Assembly: GCA_003542015.1 (NCBI GenBank)
Contig: DPLL01000480.1
Coordinates: forward strand, 213-53,922
Length of the DNA stretch: 53,710 nucleotides
Reading direction: 5' to 3'
From: Microcoleaceae cyanobacterium UBA9251
Lineage (GTDB): Bacteria; Cyanobacteriota; Cyanobacteriia; Cyanobacteriales; Microcoleaceae
Made by a program: the position numbers and the translations under genes. A model generated the notes under the pieces. The model was given only the letters and a program-made list of their open reading frames with translations. It searched no databases and was not told where the DNA came from. Positions within the stretch are counted from its first letter, which is position 1. Each line of letters starts with the position of its first letter. Shown here piece after piece: positions 1 to 11,409 of the stretch.

Positions 1-39
1 CCCTTCTTAAGGGGGGTTTAGGGGGATCTAGACTCAGCT

Positions 40-143
40 AAAAACGAGAGATTCCAAGGCTTTCAGGCTTAAGTTGACACTAAGAAGGGCGAAAGCCTTT
101 GTCCCTACGGGTATCTATCGATAGGCGGGTGTACTTCATAAAC
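40..143. repeat. Dispersed composite repeat; second copy at 6299-6401
   Basis: Shared AGGCTTAAGTTGACAC, TGTCCCTACGGG and ATCGATAGGCGGGTGTACTTCATAAAC. Confidence 0.85.
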
Positions 144-181
144 GCGGGTTCACCAATATCTGTGATTCACATCCAGGGTAT

Positions 182-1051
182 TTATAAACCCGCCCCTACC
201 TTGCACAAAACAGCCGCATGATGTTGAATATGATCTTCCATAAAACTCGCTATAAAATAATAACTATGATCGTAACCTTCCTGCATTCTTAAAGTTAGCG
301 GCTGTCCCGCTTTTGCACAAGCCTCCGCGAACACTTCCGGCAACAACTGCCCATCAGCAAGATATGAATCTGCCCCGCCGCAATCAATCAGAATCGGACG
401 GTTATATGAGGCTTCAAGTACCAATTCGCTAGCATCCCAAGCGCGCCAATGCTCTCGATTATTACCGAGGTAGTGACCGAAGATTTTTTGTCCCCAAGGG
501 CAGCGCATGGGCGCGCAAATGGGCGCAAAAGCAGAAACTGAAAGATAGCGATCGCCATTTTTTAACGCACAAATTAAAGCCCCATGTCCCCCCATCGAAT
601 GACCGAAAATACCCTGTTTTTCCGGTATAACTGGAAAATTTTCTGCTATTAAATTAGGCAATTCATCAACAACATAACTGTACATTTGATAGTGAGAATT
701 CCAAGGTGCAACTGCGGCATCAACATAAAAACCCGCACCACTTCCCAAATCCCAATCGTCATCTTCGCCAGCAATACCAGTATGGCGCGGGCTAGTATCG
801 GGCGCAACCAGCATTAACCCATATTTGGCGGCCAATTGCTGCGCTCCCGCTTTTGCCATAAAGTTCTCTTCGGTGCTGGTTAATCCTGATAGGAAATACA
901 GGATTGGTACGGGTTGAGACTGGGCTTGTGGCGGCTGATATACAGCGAATTTCATTTCGCTGTTGCAGGTGGAGGATTGATGGCTGTAAAAGCCGAGTTT
1001 ACCGCCAAAAATTTTATGTTCTTTGTGCTGTTTTAGGGATGCGGATATCAT
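182..1051 (-). CDS. frmB: S-formylglutathione hydrolase
   Basis: GHSMGG nucleophile elbow, LSGLT, GYDHSY; downstream of frmA. Confidence 0.95.
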   Translation of the reverse strand: MISASLKQHKEHKIFGGKLGFYSHQSSTCNSEMKFAVYQPPQAQSQPVPILYFLSGLTSTEENFMAKAGAQQLAAKYGLMLVAPDTSPRHTGIAGEDDDWDLGSGAGFYVDAAVAPWNSHYQMYSYVVDELPNLIAENFPVIPEKQGIFGHSMGGHGALICALKNGDRYLSVSAFAPICAPMRCPWGQKIFGHYLGNNREHWRAWDASELVLEASYNRPILIDCGGADSYLADGQLLPEVFAEACAKAGQPLTLRMQEGYDHSYYFIASFMEDHIQHHAAVLCKVGAGL

Positions 1052-1140
1052 ATTAATTCTCTTTCATTTAGGAATGGGATTTTTTTACCGCAGAGGGCGC
1101 AGAGGGCGCAGAGGAAGAGAGAAGAGAGCAGAGTTTTTAT

Positions 1141-2472
<1,332 letters not shown>

Positions 2473-2495
2473 AATTCCCAAATTTCAACATCTCT

Positions 2496-3179
2496 ATGAC
2501 AAAATTAATTGTAATTACCGGTGTAAGTCGGGGGCTCGGTCTTGCTATGACCGAAAAATTTATTGAATTGGGACATACAGTTTTGGGGTGCGCCCGTTCT
2601 CTCGAAGCTGTGGACAAACTCAGACAGAAATATAGTTTTCCCCACAATTTTACTTGTTTGGATGTAGCAAGTGACGCTCAAGTCAAAGCTTGGGCGCAAA
2701 AATTGCTGGCAAATTACTCGCCTCCAGACTTGCTAATTAACAATGCTGCTGTCGTCAATAATTTAGCACCACTTTGGGAGGTCAGCAGCGAAGATTTTTC
2801 GCAAGTAATTGATGTTAATATTAAGGGGACGGCTAATGTAATTCGCCACTTTGTCCCCGCTATGATTGCTATAAAAAGCGGTATAGTTGTCAATTTTAGT
2901 TCTGGTTGGGGCCGGTCAACTTCGCCGGAAGTGGCTGCCTATTGCGCTTCTAAGTGGGCAATAGAAGGACTTACGAGAGCCCTAGCTCAAGAATTGCCCG
3001 GAGGTATGGCGGCGATTCCTCTAAATCCGGGCATAATTCACACGGATATGCTGGATATTTGTTTCGGTTCAGATGCGGTAAATTACACATCAATCAAAGC
3101 GTGGGTGCAAAAAGCAGTTCCTTTTTTACTAAAATTGAAACCTTCAGATAATGGCGTGCCAATGACTATTCCTGGATAA
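2496..3179 (+). CDS. SDR family oxidoreductase
   Basis: TGVSRGLG, NNAA, YCASK. Confidence 0.92.
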   Translation: MTKLIVITGVSRGLGLAMTEKFIELGHTVLGCARSLEAVDKLRQKYSFPHNFTCLDVASDAQVKAWAQKLLANYSPPDLLINNAAVVNNLAPLWEVSSEDFSQVIDVNIKGTANVIRHFVPAMIAIKSGIVVNFSSGWGRSTSPEVAAYCASKWAIEGLTRALAQELPGGMAAIPLNPGIIHTDMLDICFGSDAVNYTSIKAWVQKAVPFLLKLKPSDNGVPMTIPG

Positions 3180-3328
3180 TACAGCAACCCTTGCAGCATT
3201 TGCGAACATCTCTCTTTTATTCTCCTCTGCGCCCTCTGCGCTCTCTGCGGTTCATTAAAAAAAATATCTCAAAAATGAGATAAAATTGCTATATTCCCAA
3301 CTCAAAACTCTTTCCCCAAACTGCCACT

Positions 3329-4378
3329 GTGAACTCGCCACTAACCCCCCCCTCCCCAATCGAAACCCGCAAAGCAGACCACCTACGGCTCTGCATCGAA
3401 GAAGATGTACAATTCCGCGAAACTACCAGCGGACTTGAACGCTATCGTTTTGCTCACTGCTGTTTGCCAGAACTCGATCGCAACGACGTTGATTTAACCT
3501 CAACTTTTCTTGACAAAAAACTAGCTGCGCCGCTGCTAATTTCCTCCATGACTGGTGGCACTGAATTAGCCCAGACTATCAATTACCTGCTCGCCGATGT
3601 TGCTCAAAAATACAAAATTGCAATGGGTGTCGGTTCCCAGCGCATCGCCGTCGAAAACCCTCAACTCGCCGATACCTTTGCAGTCCGCCGCCGCGCTCCT
3701 GATATTCTGTTATTTGCTAACATCGGTGCAGTTCAATTAAACTATAATTACGGTTTGGAACAGTGCCAAAAAATTATTGATATCCTGGAAGCAGATGCTC
3801 TGATTTTACACTTAAATCCTCTGCAAGAGTGCGTTCAAACAGAAGGCGATACTAATTTTAAAGGACTGCTCGATCAAATTGCCAAATTGTGCGAAAAATT
3901 ACCAGTACCAGTAATTGCTAAAGAAGTCGGCAACGGTATTTCAGGCAAGATGGCAAAAAAATTGCTCGCAGCAGGGGTAGCTGCGATCGACATTGCCGGA
4001 GCTGGAGGCACTTCTTGGGCGAAAATAGAAGGAGAGCGAGCAAAAAATGCTCTTGGGCGCAGGTTGGGCGCGACATTTGCCGACTGGGGAATACCCACAG
4101 CCGAGTGTATTGTCAGTACCCGCGCCTCCTCGCCGGATGTTCCTCTGATTGCTTCTGGAGGCTTGCAGAATGGGTTGGATGCAGCGAAGGCCCTCGCCCT
4201 TGGCGCGGATCTGGCGGGGCTGGCGAGGCCGTTTTTGCAAGCAGCAGCGGAATCGGAATCAGCCTTAGAGCTCCTAGTTGAGGTTTTAATTGCAGAGATT
4301 GCCACAGTGATGTTTTGTACTGGCTGCGCTAACTTGTATGAGTTACAACATTCTGGGGTTTTGGAAAGGTTAAGATAG
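3329..4378 (+). CDS. fni: Type 2 isopentenyl-diphosphate isomerase
   Basis: RKADH, SSMTGG, GVGSQR, HLNPLQE, KEVG, GGTSW. Confidence 0.95.
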   Translation: MNSPLTPPSPIETRKADHLRLCIEEDVQFRETTSGLERYRFAHCCLPELDRNDVDLTSTFLDKKLAAPLLISSMTGGTELAQTINYLLADVAQKYKIAMGVGSQRIAVENPQLADTFAVRRRAPDILLFANIGAVQLNYNYGLEQCQKIIDILEADALILHLNPLQECVQTEGDTNFKGLLDQIAKLCEKLPVPVIAKEVGNGISGKMAKKLLAAGVAAIDIAGAGGTSWAKIEGERAKNALGRRLGATFADWGIPTAECIVSTRASSPDVPLIASGGLQNGLDAAKALALGADLAGLARPFLQAAAESESALELLVEVLIAEIATVMFCTGCANLYELQHSGVLERLR

Positions 4379-4512
4379 AAGTAGGTCATTAGTCAGCAGT
4401 CATCGGTCATTAGTTAGTGGTGACTTATTATTTGTGAGTTATGTAATTAGGACTACGGACTGCTAACTAATGACTAATGACTAATGACTAATGACTAATT
4501 ACCAATTATCTA

Positions 4513-6336
4513 ATGAAAGATTTCCTAAAATATACGTTTGCAAGTTTGCTGGGAAGCCTCCTAGGATTGGTGTTGCTCGGTAGCCTAGGATTGGGGGGCA
4601 TGGTACTGCTAATTGCTGTGGCTGCATCGTCTAAAGATTCGGGCCCGCAAGTTAAAGATAAGTCTGTATTGGTGTTAGATCTTTCTCTGAATATCACTGA
4701 CAGCAAACCTAGTCGCAGTACCGGCGCGGCGATTGAAGAAGTGCTTTCTGATGAGGGTTCGGATACCGTGACGCTGCGTAGTGTTTTAGATGCGATCGCA
4801 TCTGCTAAAAAAGATCCGAAAATAGTTGGTATTTATCTCGAAGGTAGCTCGGATTCTGGGAGTAGCGGGTGGGCTAACCTCAAAGAAGTGCGATCGGCAT
4901 TGCAGGGTTTCCGAGATGCCAAAAAACCCATTTTTGCTTACCAGATGGACTGGAATGAGCGAGATTATTACCTCGGTTCCGTTGCTAATACCATTGCAGT
5001 CAATCCTTTCGGCGCTTTGGAACTCAACGGTTTTAGTAGCCAATCCATGTTTTTTACTGGTGCTTTGGAGAAATACGGCGTGGGAGTGCAAGTCACTCGC
5101 GTTGGCAAATATAAGTCAGCCGTTGAACCGTTTTTGCTCACAAAAATGAGTCCCGAAAATCGCCAGCAAACTCAAAAGTTACTGGGAGATCTTTGGGGAG
5201 AATACCTGCAAACTGTCGGGCCAAACCGCAAATTGACTGTTCCCCAACTGCAAGCGATCGCAGATAATGGCGGAACCTTGATGGCTGATGAAGCTCTCAA
5301 AAGCAAGTTAGTTGATCGAGTTGTATACTCTGACGAAATTGCGACAGAACTTAAGAAACTAACAGGAACCGATGGAGAAAACAAATCTTTCAAACAAATT
5401 AGTTTGAAAACTTACGCGAGAATTGCTGAGAATAAAAACTCAAATCGCGGGGACAATAAAAAGCAGATTGCTGTGCTTTACGCCGAGGGAGAAATTGTAG
5501 ACGGCGAAGGAGGAGCGAGTCAAGTAGGAGGCGATCGCATTGCTCAAGAATTGCGGAAAATCCGAGAAGATAACGACGTAAAAGCCGTGGTTTTGCGCGT
5601 CAACAGTCCCGGAGGCAGCGTCACGGCATCTGAAGTAATTGGACGGGAAGTCCTGCTCACGAGCCAGAAGAAACCAGTTATTGTTTCGATGGGCAATTTA
5701 GCAGCTTCCGGCGGCTATTGGATTTCGATGGGTTCTAGCAAAATTTTTGCTGAAGCGAATACGATTACCGGTTCGATAGGCGTTTTTGGAATGCTCTTCA
5801 ACGTCGAAAAGTTGGCTGCTAACAACGGGCTGAGTTGGGACATTGTGAAAACCGGCCTCTATGCCGATACTAACACGATTTCTCGCCCGAAAAATCCTCA
5901 AGAATTGGCTAATATTCAGAGGATAGTCGATCGCATTTACGATCGATTTATTACTAAAGTCGCCGACTCTCGCAAACTGCCTAAAAACAAGGTACAAGAA
6001 ATTGCTCAAGGCCGGGTTTGGTCTGGTGCAGCAGCGAAACAGTTGGGTTTAGTCGATGAAATTGGCGGTTTTGAAGATGCTGTCAAAGAGGCGGCGAAGC
6101 AAGCTAAACTAGGCGATGATTGGCAATTAGAAGAATATCCGAAACGCCGCAGTTTGGAAGATCGAATTTTGGAAAGAATTTCAGGTGTTCGCGTTTCTAA
6201 ACCAGCCACCAAACTCGACCCGCTGACGGCAGAGGTTAAAAAAATACAGTCGGAATTGGCTGTTGTCAAGTCCATGAACGATCCCCAGGGAGTTTACGAA
6301 AAACGAGATTTATCAAGGCTTTTAGGCTTAAGTTGA
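4513..6336 (+). CDS. sppA: Signal peptide peptidase SppA (67K type); last 12 codons are repeat-derived
   Basis: GKYKSA, RVNSPGG, SMGNLAASGGY, TGSIGV, QGRVW. Confidence 0.95.
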   Translation: MKDFLKYTFASLLGSLLGLVLLGSLGLGGMVLLIAVAASSKDSGPQVKDKSVLVLDLSLNITDSKPSRSTGAAIEEVLSDEGSDTVTLRSVLDAIASAKKDPKIVGIYLEGSSDSGSSGWANLKEVRSALQGFRDAKKPIFAYQMDWNERDYYLGSVANTIAVNPFGALELNGFSSQSMFFTGALEKYGVGVQVTRVGKYKSAVEPFLLTKMSPENRQQTQKLLGDLWGEYLQTVGPNRKLTVPQLQAIADNGGTLMADEALKSKLVDRVVYSDEIATELKKLTGTDGENKSFKQISLKTYARIAENKNSNRGDNKKQIAVLYAEGEIVDGEGGASQVGGDRIAQELRKIREDNDVKAVVLRVNSPGGSVTASEVIGREVLLTSQKKPVIVSMGNLAASGGYWISMGSSKIFAEANTITGSIGVFGMLFNVEKLAANNGLSWDIVKTGLYADTNTISRPKNPQELANIQRIVDRIYDRFITKVADSRKLPKNKVQEIAQGRVWSGAAAKQLGLVDEIGGFEDAVKEAAKQAKLGDDWQLEEYPKRRSLEDRILERISGVRVSKPATKLDPLTAEVKKIQSELAVVKSMNDPQGVYEKRDLSRLLGLS

Positions 6337-6577
6337 CACCAATGGGCACGCGCTTAGTGTCCCTACGGGGATTGATCGATAGGCGGGTGTACTTCATAAA
6401 CCTGCAATCTGCTGTATCACTGTTAGATCCCCGCAGCACTTTAAGAAGTCGGGGATCTGGGTATTCTATTTCTTTAGATGGGCTCACTTAGTGGTAAATT
6501 CTTATTCAAACAACAATCCTCCAGCTATTCTGCCTGGAGGATTGTTAAAATCATCGACTCAGAATTGGCAATATTTC

Positions 6578-6850
6578 TTATACGGCACGCTGAGTCAACA
6601 ATCCCCAGACGAAAAGTACAACGATCGCGCCGATAACAGCAAAAGCAATACTGGGGATGGTTAATGCTCCGACAGCAGCTCCGGTGCTCTTTCCCAGCAA
6701 GACTTGACCTAGATAACCTCCCACAAACGCGCCAACAATTCCTAAACCTGTGGTTGCGAGGAAACCGCCTCCTTGATGCCCTGGATAAATTGCTTTGGCG
6801 ATCGCACCTGCAATGAGTCCTAAAACAATCCAAGCAATAATACCGCCCAT
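6578..6850 (-). CDS. GlsB/YeaQ/YmgE family membrane protein
   Basis: IIAWIVLGLIAGAIAK...LGIVGAFVGG; ATG at 6850 preferred. Confidence 0.88.
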   Translation of the reverse strand: MGGIIAWIVLGLIAGAIAKAIYPGHQGGGFLATTGLGIVGAFVGGYLGQVLLGKSTGAAVGALTIPSIAFAVIGAIVVLFVWGLLTQRAV

Positions 6851-7172
6851 GTCTCTTTCTCCCGACAACTTAACTTTTCTCGTTCCTTGTCTTATCTTTT
6901 AAGAATAACAACGGAGATCGACCGATCGCCTCTATCATAGGGAGGAACCTAAAGTGGTAAAATCTTTAGGAAATCTTCAAAAGTATGAAGTCTTTTAATC
7001 TGTCAAAAGAGTTAATCAGACCTTTGTACCGCAGAAAGGCACTGATGCTGAAAACACTGATGCAGAAGGTTCAAGGGAAAGCGGCAAAGGGAGAATTTTT
7101 TTCTGGGCTTTTTCTCTTTTACTACTCAATCAAATTACAATAATTATTTGAAAATAGGAAAGTTTGCGCCCG

Positions 7173-8360
7173 ATGGATCTGACTTTGTGCATGATTGTGA
7201 AGAATGAAGAAGCAACACTGCCGCGGACTTTGGCTAGTGTTAAGGGTGTTGTTGATGAAATGGTGGTGCTGGATACCGGTTCGGGCGATCGCACTTGTGA
7301 AATTGCACAAGAATTTGGGGCGAGGGTTTATCGCTTTGAATGGTGCGATGACTTCGCAGCAGCGCGCAATGAGTGTCTGAAATACGCTGCGGGTGACTGG
7401 ATTTTGGTGTTGGATGCCGATGAGGTGCTGGTACCCCAGATTGTACCTCAAATTAAGCAGGGAATTAAGAGCGATCGCGCGGTGCTAATCAATCTCATCC
7501 GTCAAGAAGTCGGTGCTTCTCAATCTCCCTATTCCCTCGTGTCGCGCTTGTTTCGCAATCGCCCCGACATCCGCTTTTCTCGACCTTATCACGCAATGGT
7601 AGACGACAGCGTGGCTGAGATTTTGCAGAGGGAACCGGAGTGGAAAATAGCTGCTCTCCCAGATGTGGCGATTTGGCACTCTGGTTATCACAAAGATGCG
7701 ATCGCCACTAAAAGTAAATTCCAAAAAGCTCAAGCTGCGATGGAACGATATATCACTTATTATCCAAGCGATGCCTATGCTTGTAGCAAATTAGGCGCTT
7801 TGTACGTCGAAAGCGGACAAGTTCAGCGGGGAATTAATTTATTAACTAAGGGCTTGACGGCTGTCCCCATTGATGATTCTATTGTTTACGAACTCAACTA
7901 TCATTTGGGAATTGCTTACCGCCAACAGCAGCAATTTGTTAAAGCCAAGGAACACTATCAAGCGGCAATTAATACCAATGTTTTGCCAGCGCTCAAGTTG
8001 GGTGCTTACAATAATTTGGGAAATTTGCTCAAGGATGAAGGAGATTTGACAACTGCTGAAATGGCTTACAAAGCAGCTTTAAAAATTGACCCCAATTTTG
8101 CAATCGGTCACTACAATTTGGGACTGACCCTGAAAGCCGGGGGGAATTTGGCAGATGCGATCGCCTATTACCGACAAGCGATTAAAATCGCTCCCGAACA
8201 CGCCGAAGCTCATCAAAATCTAGCAGTAGCTTTGCTGAAAATTGGCAAAATGCCTGAGAGTTTAGCAGAATTCAAAAGGGCGATCGCTCTTCACGAACAG
8301 CGCCGTCCTTTTGAAGCAGAACGCCTGCGCCGCGGCTTACGAGAAATGGGGTTAATGTAA
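7173..8360 (+). CDS. Family 2 glycosyltransferase with TPR repeats
   Basis: LCMIVKNEE, DTGSGD, DFAAARN, LDADE; C-terminal TPRs. Confidence 0.92.
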   Translation: MDLTLCMIVKNEEATLPRTLASVKGVVDEMVVLDTGSGDRTCEIAQEFGARVYRFEWCDDFAAARNECLKYAAGDWILVLDADEVLVPQIVPQIKQGIKSDRAVLINLIRQEVGASQSPYSLVSRLFRNRPDIRFSRPYHAMVDDSVAEILQREPEWKIAALPDVAIWHSGYHKDAIATKSKFQKAQAAMERYITYYPSDAYACSKLGALYVESGQVQRGINLLTKGLTAVPIDDSIVYELNYHLGIAYRQQQQFVKAKEHYQAAINTNVLPALKLGAYNNLGNLLKDEGDLTTAEMAYKAALKIDPNFAIGHYNLGLTLKAGGNLADAIAYYRQAIKIAPEHAEAHQNLAVALLKIGKMPESLAEFKRAIALHEQRRPFEAERLRRGLREMGLM

Positions 8361-8369
8361 CAAATAAAA

Positions 8370-9080
8370 TCAAGCAATAACCTCGACTTCGCCGCTGTCT
8401 ATATCGTAGCGCGCCCCAACAACTTTAAGTGTGCCCGCTTTGACTGCTTTAGCTAAAATAGGAGACAAAGCTTTTAACTTATTTACGCTCATTTTCACAT
8501 TAGCTCTGACTGCATTATCCCAGGCATCGCCCAGTTGACCTTTGGTGGCATAAACTGCCGGTTTAATCGCCGCCACCAAACTGCCAATGTGGCCGGGAAC
8601 CGGTTTGCCATCCAAAGCTGCTTTCACAGCACCGCAGCGTTCGTGACCAAGGACTACTAGGAGCGGAACGCCTAATTCTGCTGCGGCATATTCTATGCTG
8701 CCGAGCACCACATTGTCGAGGACGTTTCCAGCTACTCGGATCTCAAATAAATCCCCCAATCCTTGGTCGAAAAGAATTTCGGGAGCCACCCGCGAATCAG
8801 AACAGCCCAGGACGATCGCAAACGGATGTTGACCCTTTGCTAATTCTAAAATGCGCGATCGGCTTTGGTCGGGAAATGTGCGTTTTTGCTGAATGTACCG
8901 CCGATTCCCGTCCATCAATTTCTGGAGTGCGGCGTCGGGAGTGATGTTTGAGGTTTCTGAAGCATTTGCAGCTTCAACTTTTAAGAGTCCCGGTGCAATA
9001 CTTGCCATCAGTGTCCCTGCACCTGCCATCAAGATTAAATTCCGCCTGGACATCCTGCCTGTTTTTTTTGGGTCGGTCAT
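8370..9080 (-). CDS. Beta-class carbonic anhydrase with Tat signal
   Basis: CSDSR, RVAGN, HERCG; SRRNLI twin-arginine leader. Confidence 0.93.
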   Translation of the reverse strand: MTDPKKTGRMSRRNLILMAGAGTLMASIAPGLLKVEAANASETSNITPDAALQKLMDGNRRYIQQKRTFPDQSRSRILELAKGQHPFAIVLGCSDSRVAPEILFDQGLGDLFEIRVAGNVLDNVVLGSIEYAAAELGVPLLVVLGHERCGAVKAALDGKPVPGHIGSLVAAIKPAVYATKGQLGDAWDNAVRANVKMSVNKLKALSPILAKAVKAGTLKVVGARYDIDSGEVEVIA

Positions 9081-9278
9081 TGTTGAGAACTCTGTTTAAG
9101 CGTTAAACATTCTCAGCATAATATATACAATATATTTTGACGGATTTTTTTATGGTTTCTTTACAAGCAGTCTCTCCCCAATTCAAAAGAATCATTAATA
9201 ATTATAAAAGATCGCCACCTAAAGAGCCAATACAAGCTATAATTAGAGTCTAACAATAATTTTTATTAATCTATCAAA

Positions 9279-10097
9279 ATGCCTTACGTCGCCAGTATTC
9301 AGATCTATCCGGTCAAATCCCTTGACGGCATAGCTGTCAGTCAAGCAGCTATTCTGAGCAGCGGTGCTTTAGAGGGCGATCGCTCCTTTGCTATCTGTGA
9401 CACGCAAGGTGAATTGGTTAACGGGAAGCGCCACAACGGAACCCATTTTCTGCGTTTCTCCTTTGATCTCACCAATCGCATCGTCGGTCTCAAAATTCAA
9501 GGCACTGAACAAGAATTTTTTTTTCACATCGATCGAGAACGCAGTAGAATAGAATCTTGGTTGAGCAGCTACTTCGGTTTTCCGGTCAAGTTAATTGAGA
9601 ACTTGCTAACTGGCTTTCCAGACGCTCCCGCAGCACCGGGACCAACTATAATCAGTACCGAAACAATTGCAGAAGTTGCATCTTGGTTTCCGAGAGTTTG
9701 CGTTAACGAGATGCGACAGCACCTGCGAGCTAATATTGAAATTGGAGACGTCCCGCCGTTTTGGGAAGACCAACTTTTTGCAGCAAATGATGAGGTTGTT
9801 CGCTTTGAAATAGGGAAAGTAATATTTGAAGCTATTAATCCCAGCCAGCAGTGGATCGGATCGACGAGCAATTATTTTTCCAGAGAAGTTTATCCCAATT
9901 TTCAAAAGGTATGCACAGCCAAGCGGAATGAAAAAATGCCTGATTCCGCAAGACGATGGCCTTTAAATCACTTTTACCAACTCAACATTAACACGCGAGT
10001 GCCCGATCGAGCATCAGGAAAAATAGTACAAATAGGAGATGAAGTGAAAATCCTCAGCTTGACATACTCACCGGCAGATGAGCGCGGTGATTCTTGA
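9279..10097 (+). CDS. MOSC domain protein; last 12 aa come from the IS right end
   Basis: IYPVKSLDG, GDRSFA, LRANI, FWED, IQIGDEV. Confidence 0.85.
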   Translation: MPYVASIQIYPVKSLDGIAVSQAAILSSGALEGDRSFAICDTQGELVNGKRHNGTHFLRFSFDLTNRIVGLKIQGTEQEFFFHIDRERSRIESWLSSYFGFPVKLIENLLTGFPDAPAAPGPTIISTETIAEVASWFPRVCVNEMRQHLRANIEIGDVPPFWEDQLFAANDEVVRFEIGKVIFEAINPSQQWIGSTSNYFSREVYPNFQKVCTAKRNEKMPDSARRWPLNHFYQLNINTRVPDRASGKIVQIGDEVKILSLTYSPADERGDS

Positions 10098-10250
10098 GGC
10101 TTCACCGACTGACGCTACCAAAGGTAGTCTTACTCTGTCTCTGCGTCCGTTTACAGTCGTGGCAATGCCCTGTCCCGACTTTGTTTATATTTTTGGCTGC
10201 GTTCTCATCTCGATCGTGTTCATTACCACAGTTCAAGCACTGAACCGATC
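10040..10250 (-). ncRNA. Predicted TnpB omegaRNA (boundaries approximate)
   Basis: Inferred from known TnpB architecture and the visible right end; 5' boundary not determinable. Confidence 0.55.
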
Positions 10251-11359
10251 GGACTTTGAGATCGAGTTTGCCCCATCTAAAACCACAATCTGAGCAAATT
10301 TGGCTTGTAGGTTCCCAAGGACTGATTACCCTAAAATCCCTACCAAATTTTTCCGACTTTCCCTCGCACAACGATCGGAACTCATACCATCCTTGCTGGC
10401 TAATCACCCTAGCAAGCTTGCGGTTTTTTACCATCCCTGACAGGTTCAAATCTTCCAAAACAATAGTTTGATTCTCACTTACTATTTTGGTAGACAGTTT
10501 ATGCAGGAAATCTTTACGAGTGTCGGCAATTTGATTGTGTAGTTTGGCAATTTGAATCCGAGTTTTGTTTCTACGTTTCGAGTCTTTAGATTGCCGAGCT
10601 AGCTTTTTCTGAAGTTGGCGAACTTTCCGATCTAACTTCTTGTAGCTAGGACTTTCGGCTCGCTCGCCATTGCTCATCACTGCAAAGGTTTTAATGCCCA
10701 AATCGATGCCGATGCTGTGGTTTTTAGCATCTACGCGCTCTGGATTAATCTCTACAACAAAGCTCAGAAAATAGCGATTAGCACAATCCTTGATGATCGT
10801 TGCAGAGCTAGGAGCCGACGGTAGCTGTCTAGACCAAACAGGGTTGACAATTCCGATTTTGGCTAGATAAACGCCATCTCCTTTAATTGAAAAACCCCCG
10901 CGAGTTAACCGGGCAGACTGGCTGTTTGTGCGTTTTTTGAACTTGGGATAGCCAACTTTCTGACCTTTTCTTTTCCCTTTACAGGACTCAAAAAAGTTTT
11001 TAAAAGCTGTTTCCAAATCTGCTACAGACTGCTGTAACGGGATGTTTGAGACTTCTGACAACCAAGCTCTTTCGATTGTTTGCTTTGCTTGAGTAATTAC
11101 TAGCTTTTGGAGTTCGGCAGATTTGGGTTTTTTATCGGACTGCTTACAGAGAGCTAAGGCATCATTCCACACTACCCGAACACAACCAAACAACTGAGCT
11201 AAACTCGGTTTTTGTTGGTCGGTTGGATAGAAACGGAATTGATACCTTGCTTTCATTTCTCTTGGCTGTTTGTTTACTCTATTATACTAGGTTCTGCTAA
11301 TAAAATAATTAAAAATTAAAGCCGTCCTCAAAGGACGGGGCTTGTATCCCATCCTTTTG
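10059..11359 (-). mobile_element. Non-autonomous IS200/IS605 element (TnpB only, IS1341-like)
   Basis: Left-end hairpin 11318-11344 after TTGAC (11364-11360); right-end hairpin TCACCG...CGGTGA then TCAA ending at 10059; no tnpA. Confidence 0.88.
10102..11256 (-). CDS. tnpB: RNA-guided endonuclease TnpB
   Basis: N-terminal HTH, RuvC residues in GIDLG, LEDL and DRDENAA; CSDC/CLNC zinc finger. Confidence 0.96.
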   Translation of the reverse strand: MKARYQFRFYPTDQQKPSLAQLFGCVRVVWNDALALCKQSDKKPKSAELQKLVITQAKQTIERAWLSEVSNIPLQQSVADLETAFKNFFESCKGKRKGQKVGYPKFKKRTNSQSARLTRGGFSIKGDGVYLAKIGIVNPVWSRQLPSAPSSATIIKDCANRYFLSFVVEINPERVDAKNHSIGIDLGIKTFAVMSNGERAESPSYKKLDRKVRQLQKKLARQSKDSKRRNKTRIQIAKLHNQIADTRKDFLHKLSTKIVSENQTIVLEDLNLSGMVKNRKLARVISQQGWYEFRSLCEGKSEKFGRDFRVISPWEPTSQICSDCGFRWGKLDLKVRSVQCLNCGNEHDRDENAAKNINKVGTGHCHDCKRTQRQSKTTFGSVSR

Positions 11360-11409
11360 GTCAACAAAGCCCTATTCAATACCATTTCTGATTAGTTGTA
11401 TCCCACGAG

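Noticed and set aside
3874..4389. Antisense ORFs here and inside sppA, the kinase, thrC and clpB
   Set aside because: Shadow frames of well-supported genes with no recognisable motifs
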